Source of the DNA: Desulfonatronovibrio sp.
GTDB lineage: Bacteria; Desulfobacterota; Desulfovibrionia; Desulfovibrionales; Desulfonatronovibrionaceae
Direction: 5' to 3'
Length of the DNA stretch: 64,000 bases
NCBI GenBank assembly: GCA_046541915.1
Contig: JBKHCI010000001.1
Coordinates: forward strand, 11,083-75,082
Positions 39,841 through 48,724 of the stretch are shown here, one piece after another. The position numbers and the translations under genes are program-made. The notes beneath the pieces are model-generated. The model did not search any database and had not been told where the DNA came from. It saw only the letters and a list, made by a program, of their open reading frames with translations. Positions within the stretch are counted from its first letter, which is position 1; each line of letters starts with the position of its first letter.

Positions 39841-40263
39841 ATGAGCCAGGAACAAGAAGACATCAAGGTAAATGATCGCAGAATCAATTTTGAAGACGAG
39901 CCTTCACAAGGAGAACAGGCCGGCGAAGCCAAGCCCGAGGAGAGCCACGCCAAAAAGATGGAACGCAAAAAAGTTGCCGATGATTACAGCAAGGTATCCG
40001 CTAAAGAAGATACCCCCATGCCCAAGGCGGATTTTTTCACGTTTGTTCTGTCCCTGAGTTCTTCGGCCTTGATGCATTTGGGTGAAATAGCTGAACAGGA
40101 AGGCGGGGAAACAAAAGTCAACCTGCCCATGGCCAAACATACCATTGATATTTTGACCCTGCTTGAACAAAAAACCAAGGGCAATTTAACTCCGGAAGAA
40201 GAAAAGACGCTCAAGGATTTCCTGTTTGAAGTCAGGATGAAATATGTGCAGAAAGCGGGCTGA
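39841..40263 (+). CDS. DUF1844 family protein
   Basis: FFTFVLSLSSSALMHLGE, AKHTIDIL, KTKGNLT. Confidence 0.85.
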   Translation: MSQEQEDIKVNDRRINFEDEPSQGEQAGEAKPEESHAKKMERKKVADDYSKVSAKEDTPMPKADFFTFVLSLSSSALMHLGEIAEQEGGETKVNLPMAKHTIDILTLLEQKTKGNLTPEEEKTLKDFLFEVRMKYVQKAG

Positions 40264-40334
40264 TTGGAGCCCGGGATCCTCCTGGAGCACACAGTAGTGT
40301 CCAGGCTTTTTAAGAGAGCCGTGATTTCTGGACT

Positions 40335-41864
40335 TTAGGCCGTCTGTGCTGATTTTTGTTTATTGCCAAGAGCAGGGGGCAGGTAAAGAACAACAGTGGT
40401 CCCTGAATTTTCCTGACTGAAAAGTTCCAGCCTGCCTCCCATATCATCAATGATTTTTTTAGTCATAGCCAGACCAAGTCCAGCTCCTTCTCCTTTTTTG
40501 GTGGTAAAGAAAGGATTAAAGACCTTCTCGCGGATCTCCCTGGGGATTCCTTTGCCCGTATCCCTCACTTTTATCATTATATACTCGTCCTTCATACTGG
40601 TGGACAGGGTCAGATTTCCACCTTCAGGCATGGCCTCGATGGAATTTTTAATCAGGTTTATCAGGCATTGCTTAATCAGCTCGGGATTGCCCCTGGCCAG
40701 AGCAATGGCATGATCAAGATCAGTCTCGGTTTTAATTTTTTGTTCCTGGCAGCCTAAGCGAAAAAGCTGCAGAATATCCATTATTACATCGTTGACATTG
40801 ATTTCGCTTTCCTCTGACTTGGTGGGCCTGGAAAAATTGATCATGTTTTTCAGTATCCTGTCCAGTCTTTTGGATTCCTGAAGAATGATTTTGATTTTTT
40901 CCTGAGATGCTTCATCCAGTTCTGGATTTCTCAAAAGAGAATTGGCAAAGCCTCCGATAGCAAAGAGCGGGTTGCGGATTTCATGGGCGATATATGTTGA
41001 CAATTCACCAATGGTAGCCAGTTTTTCAGATTGCTGGAGCCTCATTTCCATTTCTGTTCTGTGGGTGATGTCCCTGCGCATCTCAACCACTTTATTGAGC
41101 TTTCCCTGTTCATTAAAAACCGGATACGCGTATATCCGGAAATAGTGAGCCCTTCCATGCTTATCAACCATGGTCTGAAGTGATTCAGCCGGTTTGCCCT
41201 CATTGATGCACTTTTTAAAAGGACATTCCGGACTGTCAAGGTTGCAGCCAGCTGACGGAACAAGTTCCGAGAATATCTCCCAGCAATGATTGCCCAGCAG
41301 CTCCTGTTTGCTTTTGCCCTGCCTTTGAACCACGCTATGATTAACATCCAGAACCTTGCCTCTGGTATCAAGGAGCAGAATATCGTCCTGGATCTGGTCG
41401 AACAAAGCCGTGAGAATGGCCTGCTGTTGAAAAAGATTGAGCCTGCATTTGTCGCTCACCTCGGCCAAGATCAGAAGGCCGCAGAGAAATGTAGTGCCGG
41501 CGTGGTCAATAATTGAAATATGAGGGGGCAGGGTTTTTCTGAGTTTCTGGATGAGATGCTGCTGATCGCTGACTTCTATGATCAGGTTTATCTCGGGATG
41601 ACTGGCAAGCATGTCCTGGTAGTTATCATAAACTTTTGCTCCCAGGGACACAGCTTTTTGCACCTTGGGGTCATTTTTCTTGGTGCTGGCAACACCCGCG
41701 AGGTTTAACCCGGGAAAGAATTCTTCCAGTTCGGTTTTCTGGATAAGTTCCAGAATGGAACCAAAGCCTACTCCAGTCCCTATTATTCCTATTTCAAAAC
41801 CTTTTTCAGCTTCTTCCAGGATACATATATGGTCCTGGAACAGATTTTCATTGAGATCAGTCAT
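40335..41864 (-). CDS. Cytoplasmic PAS histidine kinase with N-terminal Rossmann-like domain
   Basis: IGIIGTG; PAS region; H-box AHEIRNPL; [25 protein letters not shown]. Confidence 0.9.
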   Translation of the reverse strand: MTDLNENLFQDHICILEEAEKGFEIGIIGTGVGFGSILELIQKTELEEFFPGLNLAGVASTKKNDPKVQKAVSLGAKVYDNYQDMLASHPEINLIIEVSDQQHLIQKLRKTLPPHISIIDHAGTTFLCGLLILAEVSDKCRLNLFQQQAILTALFDQIQDDILLLDTRGKVLDVNHSVVQRQGKSKQELLGNHCWEIFSELVPSAGCNLDSPECPFKKCINEGKPAESLQTMVDKHGRAHYFRIYAYPVFNEQGKLNKVVEMRRDITHRTEMEMRLQQSEKLATIGELSTYIAHEIRNPLFAIGGFANSLLRNPELDEASQEKIKIILQESKRLDRILKNMINFSRPTKSEESEINVNDVIMDILQLFRLGCQEQKIKTETDLDHAIALARGNPELIKQCLINLIKNSIEAMPEGGNLTLSTSMKDEYIMIKVRDTGKGIPREIREKVFNPFFTTKKGEGAGLGLAMTKKIIDDMGGRLELFSQENSGTTVVLYLPPALGNKQKSAQTA

Positions 41865-42166
41865 GTTGGATTGCTCCGCGGCTAGAGGATATTGACTGGA
41901 TTGGCGTACTGTTTTTTTCAGTTTATAAAGCTGACTTTGCCGGCATAAACTAAACAGAAAGTGCCTGAATACATATCCCAGCTATTTAAAATTCGTCAAG
42001 GAGATTAAAACGGGAATAAAACAGAAAAAGACAAGCTGAGGCAAGCTTGATTTTGAGACTAAAGATGAATAGATGTGGGTGTTGAAATCACGGTTCAGGA
42101 AATTATAAAAAAGGGCTTTAAGAACAGGCAAGCCCAAAATTTAACAGCCTTTGCAAGGGGAGTTGA

Positions 42167-43219
42167 ATGAACACAAAAAACGTGGCCATAGTCGGAGTAA
42201 CCGGTTACACAGGCATGGAATTGCTTAGGATTCTCTCAACCCATCCCGGGTTTGAAATAGCGGCAGTGACTTCACGCGGCAACGCAGGAGTAGCCCTGCA
42301 GGATATATATCCTCATCTTCTGGGAACCAGTTACGCGACTTTGCCCATTACCATTCCTGAACCGGAAATGGTTGCCAGGGATTCAGAGCTTGTTTTCCTG
42401 GCTGTGCCTCATTCCAAAGCCATGGATCTGGCCGCGCCCTTTCTTGATCAGGGAGTGAAGGTGGTGGATCTCAGCGCGGATTTTCGCATAAGTGACGGGA
42501 AAACCTATGCCAGGTGGTATGATACTGAGCATAAGCACCCTGAACTGCTGGAAAAGGCGGTTTACGGAATACCCGAAATCAACAGGCAAAAGATTGCCAG
42601 GGCTTCTCTGGTGGCCAATCCCGGATGCTATCCCACTTCAGTGATACTGGGTCTTTACCCGGCCCTTAAAAATGGCCTGATCAAGTCCCATGGGATAATT
42701 ATCGACAGCAAATCCGGGACCAGCGGAGCCGGCAGAACTCCCAAGACAGGGAACCTTTTCTGCGAAGTCGCGGATAGTTTCCGGGCTTACAGCCTGGGCA
42801 GGCACAGGCATACTCCTGAAATGGAACAGGAGCTTTCCAGAGCGGCCGGTGCTGAAATCATTATAAGTTTCAGCCCGCATCTGGCTCCCATGAGCAGGGG
42901 AATTCTCAGCACCTGTTATACCCTGCCGGCCAGGAAGGCCAGGGAGGACGAAATAAGGCAGGTCTATAAAGATTTTTACAGGGACAATCCCTGGGTCAGG
43001 GTTATGCCCCGGGGCACACTCCCTGAAACAAGATGGGTCAGGGGAACCATGTTCTGCGACCTGGGCATGGTGCTGGATGAAAGGGCTGGAAGGCTTACAA
43101 TTGTTTCATGCATAGACAATCTTTATCGCGGAGCATCGGGGCAGGCTGTGGCCAATGCCAATATCATGTGCGGCATGGAAGCTGAAACCGGGCTGGAACA
43201 GCTTCCCCTCATGCCCTGA
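42167..43219 (+). CDS. argC: N-acetyl-gamma-glutamyl-phosphate reductase
   Basis: GVTGYTG, DLSADFR, ANPGCYPT, SGTSGAG, HRHTPE, DNL..GASGQA. Confidence 0.97.
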   Translation: MNTKNVAIVGVTGYTGMELLRILSTHPGFEIAAVTSRGNAGVALQDIYPHLLGTSYATLPITIPEPEMVARDSELVFLAVPHSKAMDLAAPFLDQGVKVVDLSADFRISDGKTYARWYDTEHKHPELLEKAVYGIPEINRQKIARASLVANPGCYPTSVILGLYPALKNGLIKSHGIIIDSKSGTSGAGRTPKTGNLFCEVADSFRAYSLGRHRHTPEMEQELSRAAGAEIIISFSPHLAPMSRGILSTCYTLPARKAREDEIRQVYKDFYRDNPWVRVMPRGTLPETRWVRGTMFCDLGMVLDERAGRLTIVSCIDNLYRGASGQAVANANIMCGMEAETGLEQLPLMP

Positions 43220-43315
43220 CAAAAAATGAGTAACTGCTGGCCGGATTTTTTTCCGCGCAGAGCTTGCGGACCCGGATTTTCTTATGGGATCTGGAAGGTA
43301 TAATAATTACAGATT

Positions 43316-44095
43316 ATGGATAATTTTAATCATCAAAAAGCTGAACCGCAGGGTGAAAGCAGGATCAATGGTGTGTTTTCCTCAACCGGTCAGGGAAAAG
43401 CCGGGGAAGGCGAAAACCAGAAAAAAATTGATCAGCATGTTGTTGTGTTTGCTTCCGAGGAAGATGACGGCAAAATCACCATCAGGTCCTTGAATGAAAA
43501 ATTTGTACCCAGCGGAACAGCCAAGGTTATCAGCAGGGAAAATCTGCTGAAAAACTTTCTGCCGGAACCTGATATATATATGAACAAGGTTTTACCGGCA
43601 ATGCGGGAGCTGTTCAAGACCGTTGCCAGAGGCGAACGGCATCTGCAAAACAATGAAACCTACAGCGCTGAAATGGAATTTAAGTCCGCCCTTCGCATTG
43701 ATGAAGAGAATATCAGAGCCACTTTCGGGCTGGGGCTTTCCTATCTGCAAAGAAATGACACCCAGCGCGGAGAAATAGTTTTCAAGCGCCTGGTCAAGCT
43801 CAAAGGAGCGTTTGAGCCTGAACACAAGCATATGTTTAATGAATTCGGCATAAATTTAAGAAAAAACAAGATGTTTACCCAGGCTCTTAAATATTATGCC
43901 AGGGCTGCTCAGCACAGCAGACAGGATGAGAACCTTTTTTTCAACATGGCCAGGACTTATCATGATGCCGGAAATAAAAAGCTGGCCATGAAAATGGTCA
44001 GAAAAGCCCTGGATATAAACCCGGAATTCGAGCAGGCCCAAAAGCTCAGAAAGCATCTGCAGTCAAAGATACCATACAAGCCCATGAAAGCCTGA
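43316..44095 (+). CDS. Tetratricopeptide-repeat protein
   Basis: SAEMEF..AL..DEENIRATFGLG, FNEFGINLRK, DENLFFNMAR. Confidence 0.8.
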   Translation: MDNFNHQKAEPQGESRINGVFSSTGQGKAGEGENQKKIDQHVVVFASEEDDGKITIRSLNEKFVPSGTAKVISRENLLKNFLPEPDIYMNKVLPAMRELFKTVARGERHLQNNETYSAEMEFKSALRIDEENIRATFGLGLSYLQRNDTQRGEIVFKRLVKLKGAFEPEHKHMFNEFGINLRKNKMFTQALKYYARAAQHSRQDENLFFNMARTYHDAGNKKLAMKMVRKALDINPEFEQAQKLRKHLQSKIPYKPMKA

Positions 44096-44202
44096 GACAA
44101 GGTCCTGTGTCAACTGAAACATGAATCCCGGGCTGGCCGATGTCTGTGGTGAACAGCTGTCCGTAATTTAGTTTTTGAATAAAACCTCAAGGTTATGCTG
44201 AT

Positions 44203-45099
44203 ATGAAAAAATCACTTCCAGGAAGCACCCGCCTGGCTCCTTCCTCAGTGTTCTTTGGACAGTACCTGCTGAATAAGGGCGTTATTAACAGTCTTCAGCT
44301 GGACCAGGCCATTGATTTTCAGCAGAAACACAACAAACTGCTGGGACAGATGGCCATAGAAAAAGGCTACATGACTGAATCTCAGGTTGAGAAAGCCAAA
44401 GCTGAACAGAAAAATCTGGATCTTTCTTTTGGGGTAATTGCCGTCGATAAAGGCTACATGACTCCGCATCAGCTGGATGACCTTCTTTTTACCCAGATAG
44501 TAAATACCACTCATGTGGGCGAGGCCCTGGTGGAGCTTGGGCATCTGCCCCCGGAAGACCTGGGAAGGAATTTAAAGAATTATAATCAGGAGGAAGGCCA
44601 GAGGCTGCAGGCCATTAATAAGGCACTGGACAAGATTGATGTGGATTTTCCAGTGAAAGCCTGTATCCATTCTCTGGACAGGGCTTTTATCCGCTTTGCT
44701 CACCAGCCCATAAATGTGGTGTCTGTGGAAGGCCGGTCTGACAATGTCAGGCGGGAATGGTCTTTTGTGATCTGCATAGAAATGCATTCCAGAGATCATC
44801 TGTACATGGAAGTAAAACTTTCCGGATCAAATGTGCGTAAAATAGCCGGAGAATCAGATGTCAGAGAAAGCGGGCAAGGGTGCGGCCCAAGGTGTCTGGG
44901 CCGGAATCTGCTGTTTTTTACCATTGTCAAAAGATATCTTGCAGCCCAGCTTATAGATGATCAATACCCTGTTGCCGGGGCAAGAATGATCAGAAAAAGC
45001 GACCAGGATCCTGGCTCTGTGAACAGTGTCCGGATTTACCTGTCATCTCCGGCGGGAAAGTTTGAGGTCAGGCTTTTTGCTGCAAGTGATCAAAACTGA
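44203..45099 (+). CDS. Hypothetical protein with four MshEN-like repeats
   Basis: FFGQYLLNKGVI..QL..A...Q, LLGQMAIEKGYM, SFGVIAVDKGYM, HVGEALVELGHL at ~29-aa spacing. Confidence 0.7.
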   Translation: MKKSLPGSTRLAPSSVFFGQYLLNKGVINSLQLDQAIDFQQKHNKLLGQMAIEKGYMTESQVEKAKAEQKNLDLSFGVIAVDKGYMTPHQLDDLLFTQIVNTTHVGEALVELGHLPPEDLGRNLKNYNQEEGQRLQAINKALDKIDVDFPVKACIHSLDRAFIRFAHQPINVVSVEGRSDNVRREWSFVICIEMHSRDHLYMEVKLSGSNVRKIAGESDVRESGQGCGPRCLGRNLLFFTIVKRYLAAQLIDDQYPVAGARMIRKSDQDPGSVNSVRIYLSSPAGKFEVRLFAASDQN

Positions 45100-45121
45100 T
45101 TTGTCTGTCAGGCATTTAAAT

Positions 45122-45394
45122 GCGTTCCACCCGGTCGCACCCAGGACCAAACCCGCGAGTAACAAGGGGGATTGCCGCGCTCGCCCCGGTTGAACGGCTG
45201 CGCCAACACTGCGTGTATTTGTCAGGTTATACTTGGGAGGTGCCTTTTAAATGGTTATCAGGGTAAAAAGACTCCCTCGCAATGACGGTTGAAATCCAGG
45301 AGAGATTGCCGTGCTCGAAGATTCGCTCGCAATGACAGGCATGATTACACTACATCTGTCATTGCGAGGGAGCGAAGCGACCGAAGCAATCTCT
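45122..45394. repeat. Module X, an interrupted module-Y arm, then a complete module-Y inverted pair
   Basis: 45301-45394 matches 24144-24237; 45170-45288 is the same arm split by an 84-bp insert (45184-45267). Confidence 0.85.
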
Positions 45395-45453
45395 ATTTCA
45401 AATTTTTTAAAGTGCTGAATTTGTTTCTTATAAGCTTTAAATTGCTTGTAAGC

Positions 45454-46782
45454 TTAGCTGAAGAGCATGCTTTGCAGGTCCATGATAGTGGTCAGGCCTG
45501 CTTCAGAACCAGAGTGTCTGGGAGAGAAGATGGGTTTGTATCCCAGCTTTAAGGCCTGCTTCATTCTAAGGTCATGTCCCAGAACCGGCCTGATCTGGCC
45601 GTTCAGGTCCACCTCGCCCCAGAAAACCGATCTTTCAGGCAGGCTGATGTTTTTGAAAGAGGACAAAACAGCAGCGACAAGTCCCAGGTCCAGACCGGGA
45701 TCGCTGAGGCGCAGGCCTCCTCCTATTTTGGTATAAATATCTGACTGGGACATGTTTACCCCCAGTTTTTTTTCCATGACCGCCAGTAGAAGGTGGAGTC
45801 TGTTCAGGTCAAATCCCAGGGCGGTCCGTCTTGGAATGGCCAGGAAGGAGGAGCTTGCCAGGGCCTGGACTTCCACTGCAAAAGGTTTCTGTCCGTCCAT
45901 GGCCATGACCACGGCTGATCCGCTGAGTCCCGGATTTCTGGCCTGCAGAAAAAAGGTGGTGGGATCCTGAACCACGCTGAGGCCTTTGGTGTCCATCTCG
46001 AACATGACCAGTTCATTACTGGGTCCGAATCTGTTTTTGACTACCCTGAGGATGCGGAAAAGGTGTTCCTTGTCTCCTTCCAGATAAAGTACAGTGTCCA
46101 CCATATGTTCCAGGATTTTGGGTCCTGCGATCTGGCCTTCCTTGGTTACATGCCCCACCAGGATAACACAGGCCTGGGATTCTTTGGCTTTCTGGATTAG
46201 TCTGGAAGATACAGCCCTGATCTGAGAGGTTGTTCCGGGTATGGAGTCGAGTCCTGGACTGCTTATAGTCTGAACCGAATCAACAATGACGAGCCTGAGG
46301 TTTTTTTCTGTGTTGAAAGGCTCAAGAATATCCTCCAGGCAGTTGGTGGCAACGGCCCTGATCCCGCTGTCCAGCAGGTCCAGCCTTTGGGCCCTGGACC
46401 TGATCTGGGACAGGGATTCTTCCCCGCTTACATATAAGGAGCCGTTTGAATTTTTCGAAACCGCAGCGCAGAGCTGCAAAAGAAGGGTTGACTTGCCTAT
46501 GCCTGGCTCTCCGCCCAGAAGTATTACTGAACCAGGCACAATCCCCCCGCCAAGGAGTTCGTCCAGTTCTCCCATTCCTGTACTTAAAGAGTCGGCTGTG
46601 AAAATTTCCGCGGATTTAATATTTGCGGGAGCGTTTTCAGGGGAAGCAGTGCCTGCAGGGCTGCCGGTGTCTCTTTGCCGGAGTTCCATGCTGTTCCACT
46701 CCCGGCATTGGGGACACTGCCCCTGCCAGCGCGGAGAGCTGGCCCCGCAGAACGTGCAGACATATATGCTTTTAGTTTTCAA
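45454..46782 (-). CDS. radA: DNA repair protein RadA/Sms
   Basis: CTFCG...CPQC, GEPGIGKST, DSVQT, KNRFG, EVQAL. Confidence 0.97.
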   Translation of the reverse strand: MKTKSIYVCTFCGASSPRWQGQCPQCREWNSMELRQRDTGSPAGTASPENAPANIKSAEIFTADSLSTGMGELDELLGGGIVPGSVILLGGEPGIGKSTLLLQLCAAVSKNSNGSLYVSGEESLSQIRSRAQRLDLLDSGIRAVATNCLEDILEPFNTEKNLRLVIVDSVQTISSPGLDSIPGTTSQIRAVSSRLIQKAKESQACVILVGHVTKEGQIAGPKILEHMVDTVLYLEGDKEHLFRILRVVKNRFGPSNELVMFEMDTKGLSVVQDPTTFFLQARNPGLSGSAVVMAMDGQKPFAVEVQALASSSFLAIPRRTALGFDLNRLHLLLAVMEKKLGVNMSQSDIYTKIGGGLRLSDPGLDLGLVAAVLSSFKNISLPERSVFWGEVDLNGQIRPVLGHDLRMKQALKLGYKPIFSPRHSGSEAGLTTIMDLQSMLFS

Positions 46783-46799
46783 TATAAAATTGCAATCGG

Positions 46800-47621
46800 C
46801 TAAGGGGTTGGATCGCGGACCTCTATAACCTCAAGACCGAATTCCTGCACTTCTTCGGGCGGATTGTAAAAAACAGTCATAAAGGGAACATGATTGTCCG
46901 GTTCCACCAGTTTGTTGCTGGTGAGAATTCCCAGACGGGCCTGGAGGGTGGATTCAAGTTCTTCCTGCTCCGAGACCTGAAGCTGAAATAAGGAAGCAAC
47001 ATTGCCGCATAAAAATTCTTTTTCCACAACTACTGATCCCTGGTCGTCATACAGAGAAGCCTTTAGTTTGATCATGGACTTGGGCTCCTGGAAATTATTC
47101 ACGGCCTGTCCTTCAATGACAAACAACTGTCCGATCTTGTCATTGCTTACAAAATACTGCCGAATATTATCCAGGGAAATATCTTTGACGTCTTCTTCGG
47201 TGAATTCAGTCTGTTCCTCGGGTTCTTCTTCCTCAGGGGTGACAAAGGGTATGTTAAGGCTGCCGTCCAGTCTGGTATAGGCAAGGTAAGCACCCAGAGC
47301 AAGAATTATAATTATACACAAAGCTATGAGAGAGTTGCGCATCAGGGTTTTTCTGTCCTGGGACTGTTGCGCGGCAGGGGTGATATCGATATTCATGTCA
47401 TCAGGGTCCCATTCCGGCTTTGGGATATCCTGTTTCTTATTGCCAGAGCTGGCTCCCAGGGAAAAATCGTCTTCAGAGAAATCGTCGGAACTGTCTTCTT
47501 CGTTCAGGGCTGAAAGTTTGAACACATGCTGACACCTGGTGCAGCGTACTTTGACTTCATTCTGGAATTTTGAATCATCAAAATTATATTTGGTGCTGCA
47601 ATTGGGACATTGAACTATCAT
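46800..47621 (-). CDS. Zinc-ribbon / DUF3426 membrane protein
   Basis: CPNC...VRCTRC, acidic linker, single TM, C-terminal domain (PFMTVF). Confidence 0.8.
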   Translation of the reverse strand: MIVQCPNCSTKYNFDDSKFQNEVKVRCTRCQHVFKLSALNEEDSSDDFSEDDFSLGASSGNKKQDIPKPEWDPDDMNIDITPAAQQSQDRKTLMRNSLIALCIIIILALGAYLAYTRLDGSLNIPFVTPEEEEPEEQTEFTEEDVKDISLDNIRQYFVSNDKIGQLFVIEGQAVNNFQEPKSMIKLKASLYDDQGSVVVEKEFLCGNVASLFQLQVSEQEELESTLQARLGILTSNKLVEPDNHVPFMTVFYNPPEEVQEFGLEVIEVRDPTP

Positions 47622-47649
47622 GGCTGATCTCCGGTTAGATGTCCGGTAA

Positions 47650-48171
47650 TTATTCTTCTGTAATCAACTGAAAAATCCCGGTCATGTTTCTGTATTTTTC
47701 CGCGTAGTCCAATCCATACCCTACAATAAATCCATCCTTAAGAACAAAACCAGCGTAATCCACTTCAACCTGAACTTCTCTTCTTTCATGTTTGTCAATT
47801 AAGGCGCATAAGCGTATGGATTCCGGGTTCTTGTTCTCAAGAACTCTTTTCAGGCAGGCAATGGAACGCCCGGTATCAATGATGTCTTCAACAATGAGAA
47901 CATGTTTGCCCTTGACCGGAATTTCCAGGTCTTTGGAAAATATCACATTACCATTGGAAACTGTCTGGTCACCATAACTGGAGATGCGTACAAAGTCCAT
48001 TTCCGGATCTATGGAAAGGGATCTGATAAGATCGGCATAAAAGACGACAGCTCCTTTGAGCACGCATACGGCAACAACTGGCCGGTCTTTAAGGTCCCGG
48101 GATATCCGGGCCCCTAATTCATTGACTCTGCCTTGAATAATGTCTGGTGTGAAAAGCGGTTTTAATTTCAT
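47650..48171 (-). CDS. hpt: Hypoxanthine phosphoribosyltransferase
   Basis: VLKGA, SSYG, VEDIIDTG, FIVGYGLDYAEKYRN. Confidence 0.96.
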   Translation of the reverse strand: MKLKPLFTPDIIQGRVNELGARISRDLKDRPVVAVCVLKGAVVFYADLIRSLSIDPEMDFVRISSYGDQTVSNGNVIFSKDLEIPVKGKHVLIVEDIIDTGRSIACLKRVLENKNPESIRLCALIDKHERREVQVEVDYAGFVLKDGFIVGYGLDYAEKYRNMTGIFQLITEE

Positions 48172-48229
48172 TGCATCTAATCACCATGCTGGGCCGGAAG
48201 CGCTGCAGTCAAAAAGATTTGAAGAACAG

Positions 48230-48697
48230 TTACATTTCCATAAGCATGGCTGTTTCATCGCAATCCGGAAATTTGGGACAGCGCAGGCAGTCAGCCCATA
48301 CTTTCTGGGGCAGGACATCCTTGGTTATCTCAACAAAGTCCATTTTTTTGAAGAATTCTTTTTGATATGTAAGTGTAAAAACCTTGTAAATACCCAAGGT
48401 TATGGCTTCGCTGAGACATGAGTCTACAAGCTTTCTACCCCATCCCCGGCTTTTGAGTTCGGGAGCAATGGCCAGGGAACGGATTTCAGCCAGATTTTCC
48501 CAGACAATACTGAGAGCGCAACATCCAAGTACTGCAGGCCCGTCGTTTTCAGCAATGATATAATAGTCCCTCAAATGGCTGTAAAGCTCACTGTAAGATC
48601 TGGGCAGAAGCAGTTCCTGTTTTGAATAGCTCATGAGCAAGCCGTGAATGGGTTTGACATCACTGATTCTGGCCTTGCGTAAAAAGTACTTGTTCAA
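48230..48697 (-). CDS. GNAT N-acetyltransferase, short ArgA-like
   Basis: LLPRS, LAEIRSLA, GWGRKLV, VFTLTY, LPQKVWADCLRCP. Confidence 0.85.
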   Translation of the reverse strand: MNKYFLRKARISDVKPIHGLLMSYSKQELLLPRSYSELYSHLRDYYIIAENDGPAVLGCCALSIVWENLAEIRSLAIAPELKSRGWGRKLVDSCLSEAITLGIYKVFTLTYQKEFFKKMDFVEITKDVLPQKVWADCLRCPKFPDCDETAMLMEM

Positions 48698-48724
48698 TTT
48701 CGGTCGTAATCCTTTTTAAACGGG

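Noticed and set aside
15868-45394. Repeats as a CRISPR array or integron attC sites
   Set aside because: They are dispersed and inverted rather than regularly spaced direct repeats; no cas or integrase gene and no cassette structure
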